NCBI GenBank assembly: GCA_016182185.1
Contig: JACOXU010000001.1
Coordinates: forward strand, 15,700 to 79,699
DNA length: 64,000 bases
Direction: 5' to 3'
Source of the DNA: Candidatus Levyibacteriota bacterium
GTDB lineage: Bacteria; Patescibacteriota; Microgenomatia; Levybacterales; UBA12049
Position numbers and translations under genes: made by a program. Under the pieces are notes generated by a model. The model made no database searches. It had not been told where the DNA came from and was given only the letters and a program-made list of their open reading frames with translations. Each line of letters starts with the position of its first letter. Within the stretch, counting starts at the first letter, position 1. Below, piece after piece: positions 35,090-44,479 of the stretch.

Positions 35090-36115
35090 TTGACTCAAAC
35101 TCCATACTTTTCAAGAAGTCTTCTGGAAGTTTTAAAATTTGGTAAAATTAAATTTGTGAGGAAATTTGCGATTTCGACTTTAATAATCGGATGCCTGACT
35201 CTAATTTTAGTTGCTTTTATATTAATTTTTTCACAAAAAACTCGGCAAATTCTTAGGTCCCCCCTACCCGATTTTCTTACATCTTTTAGAAATTCACAGG
35301 TTTCAACCTTGACCATATGGAAGCCAAATCTTGAGAATCAGGTTAGAAATAGCATTAAGAAACCCGTAGCTAGCGCAAAATCGGCTCTTGTCTATGATCT
35401 TACAACCGATACTGTTACTTTTGCCAAAGATCCCAAAGAAAAAGTTCCGATGGCATCATTGACTAAAATTATGACCGCGATAGTAGCGCTGGAGAACAAA
35501 AGAAAGGATGGTAAATATATTGTCAGAAAAGAAGATTTAGTCGGTGAAGACTCGATGGGACTGACAGAAGGCGAGATATTAACTCTCGAGGAATTGCTAT
35601 ATGGGTTAATACTTCATTCCGCCAATGATGCCGCAGAAACTATTGCAAATAATTACATTGGGGGAAGGGAGAGATTTATTGAAGCGATGAATGATAAGGC
35701 GAAATCTTTAGGGCTTATGAGTACAAATTTTACAAACCCAAGCGGACTTGAGGGAGATGGAGCCCAATATACCTCTGCTTACGATCTTCTGGTGATGACA
35801 CGTTACGCAGTTCTTAATTTCCCTACATTTACAAAAATAACATCGACATACGCTTATACTCTGCCCTCCTCAAAAAACCATAAAGAATTTTATCTTGAAA
35901 ATGAAACAAATCTTATCACAAGTTACCCCGGAGTCAAAGGTATTAAGACTGGATACACCCCAGAGGCCGGATTTTGTCTTGTTACCTATCTTGAGTACGA
36001 AGGATACCAGATTATAGGAATACTATTAAATAGCGATAATCGAAGAGAAGAAATGAAGCAGCTCTTGGATTATTCTCTTAAATCTCTGGGAGTAGAGCCC
36101 CCTAAGCATAGTTGA
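35090..36115 (+). CDS. D-alanyl-D-alanine carboxypeptidase (peptidase S11, PBP5/6-like)
   Basis: N-terminal TM; SLTKIMT (SxxK), HSAND (SxN), GIKTGYT (KTG). Confidence 0.8.
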   Translation: MTQTPYFSRSLLEVLKFGKIKFVRKFAISTLIIGCLTLILVAFILIFSQKTRQILRSPLPDFLTSFRNSQVSTLTIWKPNLENQVRNSIKKPVASAKSALVYDLTTDTVTFAKDPKEKVPMASLTKIMTAIVALENKRKDGKYIVRKEDLVGEDSMGLTEGEILTLEELLYGLILHSANDAAETIANNYIGGRERFIEAMNDKAKSLGLMSTNFTNPSGLEGDGAQYTSAYDLLVMTRYAVLNFPTFTKITSTYAYTLPSSKNHKEFYLENETNLITSYPGVKGIKTGYTPEAGFCLVTYLEYEGYQIIGILLNSDNRREEMKQLLDYSLKSLGVEPPKHS

Positions 36116-36150
36116 ATCAGGCTTGAGTTTCAAGTAAAATATTAACACTT

Positions 36151-36233
36151 GCCGCGGTGGTGGAATGGCAGACACGAGGGCCTTAAGAGCCTTTGTCCGA
36201 AAGGACGTGAGAGTTCGACTCTCTCTCGCGGCA
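36151..36233 (+). tRNA. tRNA-Leu (anticodon TAA)
   Basis: GCCGCGGTGGTGGAATGGCAGACACGAGGGCCTTAAGAGCCCT plus a long variable arm, then GAGAGTTCGACTCTCTCTCGCGGCA. Confidence 0.9.
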
Positions 36234-36235
36234 CT

Positions 36236-36312
36236 CGGGGAGTAGCTCAGTTGGCTAGAGCGCGCGGTTTGGGACCGTGAGGTCGGAGGTTCGAGTCCTC
36301 TCTCCCCGACCA
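36236..36312 (+). tRNA. tRNA-Pro (anticodon TGG)
   Basis: CGGGGAGTAGCTCAGTTGGCTAGAGCGCGCGGTTTGGGACCGTGAGGTCGGAGGTTCGAGTCCTCTCTCCCCGACCA; CCA is encoded. Confidence 0.9.
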
Positions 36313-36346
36313 TTTAAAATTTTTTTTATCTGCTATAATCTGCTAA

Positions 36347-37081
36347 ATGAAGGAAACTTTAAAAGAAACTCCTCAAGAGAAAAAACATTCTTTTTTAGTA
36401 AGAAATGCATTGGTGGCATTGGGAATTGCCTTTGTGACTGACCGGGTTCTTCGAGAGGGCTTAAATCCTGAAGGGCGAAAATTGGTAAGGCAAATTATCG
36501 TAAAAGCATGGACAGGTTCTAAAGTTTCAGTCGCCCGGGAAGTGGCAAAGCTTAATCAGGAATCAAAACTCTCCATACATATTGATGGACAAAAGCATAT
36601 ACCAGCTTCTGGCCCTACAATACTTATCACAAATCATACTCACGGAGGTCCCCTTAATAATCTCGGTCAATACTTTGAGATGGTAAAAGAAGGATATGAT
36701 GCAAGACGTCAGGTAGTAGACGACTATGAGAGAGAACCTTTTATTATTGTTCAAAGAGGGTTAGGTAAAGTAAAACCAGTAAGAATTTTGTCCGGTCTTT
36801 TTTATGATATTGTAGGAGGAGCTTTTAACTGCGAGATCGTAGAAATTCCCAAATATAATGAAAAGGGAGATATCATAAATAGTCAAAATTTGAGACCGGC
36901 TGCTATTCGTAGGGTAGTTGATGGTGGAGCATCTTTATGGCTTCCCCAAGGTAGGGAAAGAGATCCCGAAGATTTTGAATTTCCTGAAAAAGCAACAGGA
37001 TTCTTAAGGAAAATAAATTATGAAGATCGTTTCGTGCAATTAGTTCCGGTCAGGTCGATACCGGATAAGGTGGGGATTTAA
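36347..37081 (+). CDS. hypothetical protein (244 aa)
   Basis: Long ORF with no convincing catalytic motif. Confidence 0.5.
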   Translation: MKETLKETPQEKKHSFLVRNALVALGIAFVTDRVLREGLNPEGRKLVRQIIVKAWTGSKVSVAREVAKLNQESKLSIHIDGQKHIPASGPTILITNHTHGGPLNNLGQYFEMVKEGYDARRQVVDDYEREPFIIVQRGLGKVKPVRILSGLFYDIVGGAFNCEIVEIPKYNEKGDIINSQNLRPAAIRRVVDGGASLWLPQGRERDPEDFEFPEKATGFLRKINYEDRFVQLVPVRSIPDKVGI

Positions 37082-37225
37082 AAATTGTTTTTGGCCCGCC
37101 GGTTGATGTAGGCCATGTAGTAAAAGCAGGTGGAATTAATTACTTTGCCCAAAAGCACATCGCTGTTTTGAAATAATTGGGATCATATTGTTTCTTTTAC
37201 ATAATTTGTTTATAATTTAACAGTT

Positions 37226-37299
37226 GCGGGTGTAGTTCAATGGCAGAACACAACTTTTCCAAAGTTGATACGAGGGTTCGATTCCCTTCACCCGCTCCA
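37226..37299 (+). tRNA. tRNA-Trp (anticodon CCA)
   Basis: GCGGGTGTAGTTCAATGGCAGAACACAACTTTTCCAAAGTTGATACGAGGGTTCGATTCCCTTCACCCGCTCCA. A TATAAT box lies 10 nt upstream (37211-37216), with TTGTTT at the -35 position. Confidence 0.9.
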
Positions 37300-37692
37300 A
37301 ACGATTTTTATCGAACTCGTGGATTTTAGCCTCAAAAAATTGCTAAAATTTACAAAAATATAATCCTATAACGTTATCCCCTAACGGGAATCGAACTAGC
37401 CACAAACTTATTATTTCTTCTCTTGATCAGGTTATTCAAAATCTCCCATCCACTTTGACCCATAAAATTCTTGCATGATTGCACAAGCCAATAAATACAC
37501 AACTTCTTGTATATCTTTTAGCTCATCTTCCGTAGCATTAGGATAGTATTTCTTGATTATTTCCAATGGTAACACAATAAATGCTCACCTCCTTTAGCAG
37601 AAGTTGAAAATTTAGCATATAAAGGATACTTACGCTGGGAAGAGTGATTATAAAAATCTTTTAAATAGGCAAGAGCTAGGGGTAATTATTTT

Positions 37693-39066
37693 TCAGACAC
37701 AGCAACTTAATTTAGAAATGTCCTTAGTAAAGGACAAGGCGGCAATTTTAATAGCCTCCGAAAGCGTCGGGAACATAGGTAAGGAATTTACCACGTCATC
37801 AATGGTATTTTTATTTTTAACTAACGACATCGCTTGAGCAATTAAATCACCTGCATTAGGAGCTAAAATATGCACCCCAAGAATTACTTTTGTCTCAGGG
37901 TGGATAACCATTTTTATTAAACCTTCCGTTCTGCCAATAATAAGAGCCTTTGGAACGTCTGCAAAAGAAACAGTCCGGCAAAGACACCTTCCTAACTGTT
38001 TCATTTCTTGTTCTTCAGTAAGTCCTACACCTGCGAGCTGTGGGTCAGTAAAGATAGTCCAAGGGACAGTATTGTAATCAATACTATTTTGAGTACCTTT
38101 AAGTGCATTTTCAGCAGCAAGCGTTCCCTCTCTGCCTGCTGTTGGTTCTTCTCTAATGGGTAGATTTGTCACATCGCCCACCGAAAAAATGTGTGGTTGA
38201 GATGATTGAAATTGAGGACTTACTTTTATCGCCTGTTTATCATCAATTTCTATATTAGCTTTATCAAGACCTAAGCCTTGTGTCTCATCGGCTGATACTT
38301 GTTCTTCTTTATTAGCGGTTATATAAGTCAGGACTTTCTTACCTCCTTCTTTACGTGCAGATTTAACTTGTACATTTGTTTTAATAGTTATGCCCTCTTT
38401 GGTAAGTATTTCGGCCAAACGATCAGTAAGTTCTCTTTCTGCCGGAGGGAAAATAGAGACATTCTTTTGTAAAACAGTTATTTTTGTTCCAAAACGAGAA
38501 TACATTTGTGCAAACTCCAATCCCAAAGGCCCCGCACCAACTACAATAAGTTCTTTGGGAAGATTTTTAATCTGTAAAGCCTCAATATGAGTCAAGTATC
38601 CAACTTCTTGTATATTCTCAATCGGTGGTACAGTTGCGGTCGATCCGGCTGCAATAATAAATTTCTTTGCTTGATATTTTTGTCCATTAACTTCAATCTC
38701 GTTAGGGGAAACAAAACTAGCTTTACCTTCTATGTGGGTAACATTTTCTAAACCATTTAAGACTTTCTCATACTTTTCAGCTCTAAGCTTTGCTACTAAA
38801 TCGAGTTCATGCTGAACAACTTGACTAAAATTAAAGTTTTTAACTTCTATATCAATCCCTGGAATATTGTGACTTTTAGCAAGATGCATTACTTCTCCTG
38901 CCCAAAGAAGCGTTTTAGAAGGAACACAACCAACGTTTACACAGGTTCCGCCTAGAGGAAGTCCCTGATTAACCATCAAAGTTTTTGCTCCAAGCTCATT
39001 GGCTTTAATAGCGGAAGCAAAAGCCCCTGCGCCTCCTCCGATAATGATTAAATCGTACTCATTCAT
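37693..39066 (-). CDS. mercuric reductase-like flavoprotein (MerA core without the N-terminal HMA domain)
   Basis: FAD motif IIGGGAGA; redox-active LGGTCVNVGCVPSK, identical to the MerA active-site signature; the C-terminus ends in ...KLSCCV, a Cys pair as in MerA ...QLSCCAG. Confidence 0.75.
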   Translation of the reverse strand: MNEYDLIIIGGGAGAFASAIKANELGAKTLMVNQGLPLGGTCVNVGCVPSKTLLWAGEVMHLAKSHNIPGIDIEVKNFNFSQVVQHELDLVAKLRAEKYEKVLNGLENVTHIEGKASFVSPNEIEVNGQKYQAKKFIIAAGSTATVPPIENIQEVGYLTHIEALQIKNLPKELIVVGAGPLGLEFAQMYSRFGTKITVLQKNVSIFPPAERELTDRLAEILTKEGITIKTNVQVKSARKEGGKKVLTYITANKEEQVSADETQGLGLDKANIEIDDKQAIKVSPQFQSSQPHIFSVGDVTNLPIREEPTAGREGTLAAENALKGTQNSIDYNTVPWTIFTDPQLAGVGLTEEQEMKQLGRCLCRTVSFADVPKALIIGRTEGLIKMVIHPETKVILGVHILAPNAGDLIAQAMSLVKNKNTIDDVVNSLPMFPTLSEAIKIAALSFTKDISKLSCCV

Positions 39067-39129
39067 ATTGTCTTAATTTATGCTCGACAAGGACAACATG
39101 GCCCCATAATTTCTCACCCCCTTTAGCAT

Positions 39130-40602
39130 TTATACCCCACATCCTGCTCCACCTTTTGTTTGGGGGATAAGATTTGGTATCTTGGCAATTTCTGTCTGTA
39201 CATTCTTGCCCCAGCCGCTACCTGTTGAGTAATCAGTACCCAACGCCACTTTTGGATCAACTTTGTCCCACTCTATGTTTTTAACAACCTTAAAATACAG
39301 GGCTGTTTGAATATAATTTTGTGGGAACCAAGAGGAATTGAAGGCGAGAGCCTCTTTGTAAAGTTCATCCTCGGAGAGTCCCTGTGATGCGCCAAGTTGC
39401 AGAAGTCCTAATAACGCTGATCCATGATTGCAGTCCTGAAAGAAAGTAGAGTTATTGCAACAGGGACGATAGGTGTTTTTGGCAATTTGAGTGACTAAAG
39501 CTTCTTGCTCTGGTGTCAATTCAACTATTCTGAATTTATTGAAATACGCTCCGCCATTTTCTTCCTTTCCTATATTCCAACCCCCAGTTGAAGCAAAGTT
39601 AAAAAGAGATTTTCCATTAACAGGACTATCTTTATTTGTTGACATATAGTTTGATAGTCCTAATGCCCAAAGAAGGTTAACGTAAGTGTTAGCGTTTTCT
39701 CTGGTGAGAAGAATAGGCCTATATGAAGATTGACTTAATATATCTTTCAGCTCGGGAGGCAATCCTCCGCGTTCTTTATAAATTTCTTCAAATTTACCCT
39801 GGTCAATAACGCCATTTTGTACCAATTCTACGACGCTATCCCCTAAGAAAATTTTGCTTTGAAAACCTTGTGCTGGCAAAACTTTAGCTACAACCTCGTC
39901 ATAAACTTTGTTTCCTGTTGAAGAAATGTTAGAGGTATTTAGTTTATTGTCGTTTGAGTTAAGAAGTGCTGTCTTATTAAAGAAGCTGAAAATTATTGGA
40001 TCAGTCTTAAGCATATTCCAGCCAATAAGTATCAAAACAGCAACCAATGCTAAAGAGGCTATAAGATAAGGTTTATCTTTTGCTCGATATGAAGTAGGGC
40101 GGGGAATCGGGCAAGTTTCATCGCCGCAACTTAAAGATTTTAACTCTCTTGTTGTTAACCAGACAGGAAGCGCCATTAAGGCAAAAGAAAGTGATTTTAG
40201 TTCTAAACCTTGCAGGGGGAAAGCTGCCAGCCCTCCGGCAATGCCAATAGCGGATAAAAGAACAGAACCGCAGACTGGACAAGCAGAGGCCGCCACCCCT
40301 ACTAATGCTCCTAAACTGCTTCCGCCTTGAACTTTGAGTCTGGGCGGTCCAAATTTCCTCCAGCGATAAACAAATAATGAGGCGTTAACGCCAAAAAGGA
40401 CAATAGTACCAAAAGTAAGAAGGATATATGACCATAAGTACACAGGCTGACTTTTGGTGTTGTTGATAAGATTATAAATACTTGAATTAAGGCTTAAGCT
40501 CCAATAGAAGATAAGCAGTAGAAGTAGAGAAGCCACCAGCCCGATTGAACCGTAAAATAAAAAGGTCAATAATTTTTTCTTAAATCTGTTAATTCTTCTC
40601 AT
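39130..40602 (-). CDS. Cys-containing polytopic membrane protein with a large extracytoplasmic C-terminal domain (candidate metal-ion transporter)
   Basis: About 5 TM helices in the first 190 aa. One carries ACPVCG; a loop carries SCGDETCP. The ~300-aa hydrophilic C-terminal domain has a PCCNNSTFFQDCNHG motif and ends GGAGCGV. It lies in an operon with the ArsR and MerA-like genes. Confidence 0.55.
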   Translation of the reverse strand: MRRINRFKKKLLTFLFYGSIGLVASLLLLLIFYWSLSLNSSIYNLINNTKSQPVYLWSYILLTFGTIVLFGVNASLFVYRWRKFGPPRLKVQGGSSLGALVGVAASACPVCGSVLLSAIGIAGGLAAFPLQGLELKSLSFALMALPVWLTTRELKSLSCGDETCPIPRPTSYRAKDKPYLIASLALVAVLILIGWNMLKTDPIIFSFFNKTALLNSNDNKLNTSNISSTGNKVYDEVVAKVLPAQGFQSKIFLGDSVVELVQNGVIDQGKFEEIYKERGGLPPELKDILSQSSYRPILLTRENANTYVNLLWALGLSNYMSTNKDSPVNGKSLFNFASTGGWNIGKEENGGAYFNKFRIVELTPEQEALVTQIAKNTYRPCCNNSTFFQDCNHGSALLGLLQLGASQGLSEDELYKEALAFNSSWFPQNYIQTALYFKVVKNIEWDKVDPKVALGTDYSTGSGWGKNVQTEIAKIPNLIPQTKGGAGCGV

Positions 40603-40604
40603 AT

Positions 40605-41216
40605 TTATCTAGCGTGATGATGTTCGCTATCTCCGCCGCATCCATCAGATAAATTCCACACTTGGGTAACCTGTTGTCCAGTAAATTGGTAATTTTTAAT
40701 TAAGATTTTACCCAACCCTCCATAAACATTCCATCTCCAGCATTTACAGCAACAAGGACCTTTTTCATCAGAATTTTGCATGGCATAATCATAAGCTTCC
40801 TGTTCTTCTGTGGACAACTGAATACTGTCATAATCTGCCATTAACTTTTTGGCCAGCTTTGCCTCAATGTCATAAGGATCAGGCGGAATTTCAGCGATAT
40901 TTTGATATTTCTTCAATCCTTCAACCTGCTCGCTGTAGCGGTGCATACTCATGGGGCTACAACAAGAACCTTGCAAACGAGAATTATCTGGCATTGAAGT
41001 GATAGAATCACGAAATGCTCCCGAGCAGGAGGAATTACCATGTTTTGAGAGGTAATCAAATTTTGCAGCCAACGCATCGTTAACCAATCCCTTTGTTTCC
41101 TGTTGAGATGACTGCTTAAGAGAAAAATTAAATAGCGGCTTAGATGAGAAAAAATAAAAATAACCTGCAATAAAGGCTGAAATAATTAGTGCTAATACAA
41201 GTATCTTTTTATTCAT
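40605..41216 (-). CDS. secreted Cys/His-rich protein (203 aa)
   Basis: Signal/TM helix; Cys clusters NSSCSGAF, QGSCCSPMSMHRY, GPCCCKCWRW; C-terminus DGCGGDSEHHHAR. Confidence 0.5.
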   Translation of the reverse strand: MNKKILVLALIISAFIAGYFYFFSSKPLFNFSLKQSSQQETKGLVNDALAAKFDYLSKHGNSSCSGAFRDSITSMPDNSRLQGSCCSPMSMHRYSEQVEGLKKYQNIAEIPPDPYDIEAKLAKKLMADYDSIQLSTEEQEAYDYAMQNSDEKGPCCCKCWRWNVYGGLGKILIKNYQFTGQQVTQVWNLSDGCGGDSEHHHAR

Positions 41217-41532
41217 TGTTTTCTAATAATTGACTTTTAATGATCGAAGCAAATTTATTTTTACCTAAAGAATATAAAACTTGCTTTGCTTGCCTTCTAT
41301 TCTCAACCACTTGTATTTCTTTCAACTTCTTTAGGCTGTGGGATACTGTAGAAATTGGTAATCCAATAATTTCCGCCATCTCAGAAACTGTTAGTTCTGG
41401 ATGATGACAAAGAAGGTAGCAAATCCTCATTCTGGTGAGATCACCTGTTGTCCCAAACCTTTCAGCACATGCCTCAATTTTCTTGTTGTCTTGAAGTTCA
41501 TCCCGAAGCACTTTTTTCTTCCTCATTTGCAT
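41209..41532 (-). CDS. ArsR/SmtB-family metalloregulator
   Basis: Winged HTH ...LTRMRICYLLCHHPELTVSEMAEIIGLPISTVSHSLKKLKEI...; CxxC-type (CYLLC) metal site in the alpha3 region. The start is probably the ATG (MQMRKKK); the ORF-track extension to 41577 uses TTG and would overlap the operator. Confidence 0.75.
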   Translation of the reverse strand: MQMRKKKVLRDELQDNKKIEACAERFGTTGDLTRMRICYLLCHHPELTVSEMAEIIGLPISTVSHSLKKLKEIQVVENRRQAKQVLYSLGKNKFASIIKSQLLENNE

Positions 41533-41542
41533 ATCTATACAA

Positions 41543-41579
41543 ATGATAGGAATTTGTTTTACTTTTGTCAATGACAAAA
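41543..41579 (-). promoter_or_regulatory. promoter with perfect 8-1-8 palindromic operator (TTTTGTCA-A-TGACAAAA) overlapping -35 TTGACA; -10 TATCAT
   Basis: Minus strand: TTGACA (plus 41566-41571), a 17-nt spacer, then TATCAT (plus 41543-41548), about 10 nt before the ArsR ATG. The palindrome spans 41563-41579. Confidence 0.5.
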
Positions 41580-41846
41580 TTGTAATAACATAACAGAAAT
41601 TAATAAAAAGCTTGTGCTATAATCTGTTTACCGAATGAACCTTGTGGTGAAAGTACCTTACTGTTAGGGAGCGAATGTTGATATCATAATTGATAATTCA
41701 TCTCGGCCACTCGGATCGATTTTCTAATATGCATACTTATACATTTTTTAGACCTAAAGTATAGGCTAAATCTGGTAAAAGGCCGTCAGATAGAAATAAT
41801 CTGAAGAATTCTGGCAGTCTGGCTAAGATCACGTCAGGAGCTCAAT

Positions 41847-42245
41847 TTATTCCCCAAGCCATTTTAAGGCCTCGTTTTTATCGTTGAACCAATGAATTGT
41901 ATCGTTTCTTCCCGCTGCTCCAATGATGAAATTTGCAGCAACTTGTAGGAATACATTTTGGCCGACAATAGCAGATTTTATAATCTGTTTGTGTTTCGCA
42001 AGCTCTATCCAAATCCTCCTTGCCCCACTTGATATATGACCACGGGAGAAGTATAAGATCTCAACTATAACTTCATATTTTTTACTCGGATCGGCATTGA
42101 ATATATTAAAAAGTCTTTCTTTTACTATTTCCATTCTTCTTGTGTTTTCATCGGGATCCGCTATATCAGTGATAATGTGAATGTGGATTACTTCATTTTC
42201 GAGCCGGATTTTAAAAGTATGTTTTAATTCATCATCTGTTCTCAT
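41847..42245 (-). CDS. hypothetical protein (possible STAS-like fold)
   Basis: 132 aa; no strong motif. Confidence 0.4.
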   Translation of the reverse strand: MRTDDELKHTFKIRLENEVIHIHIITDIADPDENTRRMEIVKERLFNIFNADPSKKYEVIVEILYFSRGHISSGARRIWIELAKHKQIIKSAIVGQNVFLQVAANFIIGAAGRNDTIHWFNDKNEALKWLGE

Positions 42246-42346
42246 GGTTGATTATCTCAGTATATATGAATAAAAGGATATGATGTCAAGCAATGAGCCG
42301 CTTTTATAAACGGGATTTATGACGTATAATTTATTTACTAAATCTT

Positions 42347-43267
42347 GTGGAAATAATTTTTATTTTACTTACGATTCTTGGCTTATCGCTCTTTGAGGTT
42401 ATAACTAGCATTGATAATGCTGTTATAAACGCGGAAGTCTTGTCTTCGATGTCTCAGAAGGCCAGAAGATGGTTTTTGCTCTGGGGATTTTTATTTGCAG
42501 TTTTTGTAATAAGAGGAATACTGCCCTTACTTTTAGTTTATGCAGCTAATCCTCAGCTTGGACTAATCGGAGCTTTTACAGCAACGCTTAATGGAGGAAA
42601 TGGGATTGCCGAAACCATAAAAGAGTCATCAAGGCCACTTCTGGTGGGCGGCGGAGTTTTCTTGATTTTTCTTTTCTTCAACTGGCTTTTTATTGAACCT
42701 AAAAACTACGGTCTTAGAGCAGAAAAGTTTTTCCACGCACAAGGCGCATGGTTTTTTTCGATAATATCAATAATACTTTCTATAATTGTCTGGTTCGCCC
42801 TTAAAGAAAACGGTCTTATGGCGTTTGGCGCGGTGGTAGGCTCAACTGCTTTTTTTATAGTCCATGGATTTCGTCAGTTTGCAGAAACTCAGGAGAAAAG
42901 GCTGGTCTCTCAAGGAATGTCTGATGTATCAAAAATTGCCTATCTTGAAGTACTGGATTCTACTTTTTCTGTTGATGGTGTTGTGGGGGCATTTGCCTTT
43001 ACTTTTTCTGTTCCCTTAATCCTTTTAGGGAACGGATTAGGAGCGCTTGTCTTGCGAAAACTGACAGTCAGCAATATTGACAGAATAAAAAAATATGCCT
43101 ACTTAAAAAATGGTGCTATGTATTCGATATTATTTTTGGGTGCAATAATGATTCTTGATAGTTTTGGATTTCATATTCCACCATGGCTCTCGCCTATCAT
43201 CACCTTCGGTACTGTGGGATATTTCTTCTATAAGTCAAGGCTTGAGTTAAAAAATAATCCCTCATAA
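42347..43267 (+). CDS. TerC/DUF475-family integral membrane protein
   Basis: EVITSIDNAVINAEVL (ExxxSxDN motif); multiple TM helices. Confidence 0.6.
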   Translation: MEIIFILLTILGLSLFEVITSIDNAVINAEVLSSMSQKARRWFLLWGFLFAVFVIRGILPLLLVYAANPQLGLIGAFTATLNGGNGIAETIKESSRPLLVGGGVFLIFLFFNWLFIEPKNYGLRAEKFFHAQGAWFFSIISIILSIIVWFALKENGLMAFGAVVGSTAFFIVHGFRQFAETQEKRLVSQGMSDVSKIAYLEVLDSTFSVDGVVGAFAFTFSVPLILLGNGLGALVLRKLTVSNIDRIKKYAYLKNGAMYSILFLGAIMILDSFGFHIPPWLSPIITFGTVGYFFYKSRLELKNNPS

Positions 43268-43315
43268 TTTTGCTTCAATTTTGATCGAGTTTTTGATACA
43301 ATATCTCTGATATTT

Positions 43316-43388
43316 GCGCCAGTAGCTCAACGGACAGAGCAACTCCCTTCTAAGGAGTAGGTTGTAGGTTCGATTCCTATCTGGCGCG
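43316..43388 (+). tRNA. tRNA-Arg (anticodon TCT)
   Basis: GCGCCAGTAGCTCAACGGACAGAGCAACTCCCTTCTAAGGAGTAGGTTGTAGGTTCGATTCCTATCTGGCGCG. Confidence 0.9.
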
Positions 43389-43473
43389 CAACGTACGAAA
43401 TCGAAGATTTCTACGTTGCTGGAACGTTTAAATTTATAATTTAATACGTTCCGCCTTCTTAAATTATTCATTA

Positions 43474-43725
43474 ATGCACTACGTTTATGTGCTAAAAAGC
43501 TTAAAAGACAATAGTTTATATATTGGATATACTACTGATCTTAAGAGAAGAGTTTTTGAACATAATAATGGTTTATCACTCTCAACTAAATATAAAAGAC
43601 CGTATAAATTAATTTTTTACGAGGGGTTTCTGGTCAGAATAGATGCGAAACATAGAGAAATTTATTTGAAAAGTGGATGGGGGTTAAGAACCTTGAAAAA
43701 ACTGCTTAAGAGGACGTTGGTATAA
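43474..43725 (+). CDS. GIY-YIG nuclease-superfamily mini-protein (YhbQ/UPF0213-like)
   Basis: YVYVLKSLKDNSLYIGYTTDLKRRVFEHNNG matches the GIY-YIG motifs. 83 aa. Confidence 0.75.
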   Translation: MHYVYVLKSLKDNSLYIGYTTDLKRRVFEHNNGLSLSTKYKRPYKLIFYEGFLVRIDAKHREIYLKSGWGLRTLKKLLKRTLV

Positions 43726-43732
43726 TAGAATT

Positions 43733-44398
43733 ATGTTTCCACTTTCAGATTCTATAAAAGCCCGAAGGCTCCCTTTTATAAATCTAATACTGATTGCAGT
43801 AAATGTATATGTATTTTTTCAACAGATTACTTCAGTATCTCAAGATATATTGATTTCTAAGTATGCATTCATCCCGTCTCTTATAAATTTTTCAGATTTT
43901 TCAACTCTTACGCCTTTTGTAACAGCAATATTTTTACATGGCGGAATATTGCACATTGTTTCCAATATGTGGTTTCTTTGGGTATTTGGAGATAATGTTG
44001 AGGGATATACGGGATGGTTTTTTTATCCTCTCATCTTTCTTTTCTCAGGAATTGTGGGTAATTTACTTCAATATTTATTTATGACTGGTTCTTCTATCCC
44101 GATGCTTGGCGCATCAGGAGCAGTAGCAGGGGTTTTGGGAGCATATTTTGTACTTTTTCCTAAGGCTCAGATAAGAACACTTATTCCAATCTTCGGTTTC
44201 CCTTCAGTTATAAATATTTCTTCCGCTTTTATGCTTGGTTATTGGTTCCTGCTTCAGATTATTTCAGGCGCTACATCAATAGGTATGTCTCAGGATGTGG
44301 GAGGAGTCGCCTTTTGGGCCCATGTGGGGGGATTTGTGACGGGACTAGTATTTGGTAAACTTTTACAAAAAAAGGTGGAATTTGAGCTTGAATCTTGA
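43733..44398 (+). CDS. rhomboid-family intramembrane serine protease
   Basis: GASGAVAGVLGAYF (GxSG catalytic Ser) and AHVGGFVTGL (catalytic His); about 6 TM helices. Confidence 0.8.
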   Translation: MFPLSDSIKARRLPFINLILIAVNVYVFFQQITSVSQDILISKYAFIPSLINFSDFSTLTPFVTAIFLHGGILHIVSNMWFLWVFGDNVEGYTGWFFYPLIFLFSGIVGNLLQYLFMTGSSIPMLGASGAVAGVLGAYFVLFPKAQIRTLIPIFGFPSVINISSAFMLGYWFLLQIISGATSIGMSQDVGGVAFWAHVGGFVTGLVFGKLLQKKVEFELES

Positions 44399-44479
44399 TA
44401 TACTATTATCTGGTGAAACGTAAAATCATTCAATGATTAACGTTTCTATCGCGTTAATTTTCCTTGCAAAATTTTACGC

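Noticed and set aside
36026-36313. 95-aa minus-strand ORF
   Set aside because: It is entirely antisense to tRNA-Leu(TAA), tRNA-Pro(TGG) and the end of the D,D-carboxypeptidase gene.
39130-40602. VKOR-like or MerT identity for the 490-aa membrane protein
   Set aside because: The Cys arrangement (ACPVCG in a central TM helix, followed by a loop CxxxxC) matches neither the VKOR order (loop Cys pair before a TM4 CxxC) nor the MerT pattern (TM1 CC plus a cytoplasmic CC). It is kept as an unassigned Cys-bearing transporter.
43262-43471. 69-aa minus-strand ORF
   Set aside because: It is antisense to tRNA-Arg(TCT) and the hairpins downstream of it.
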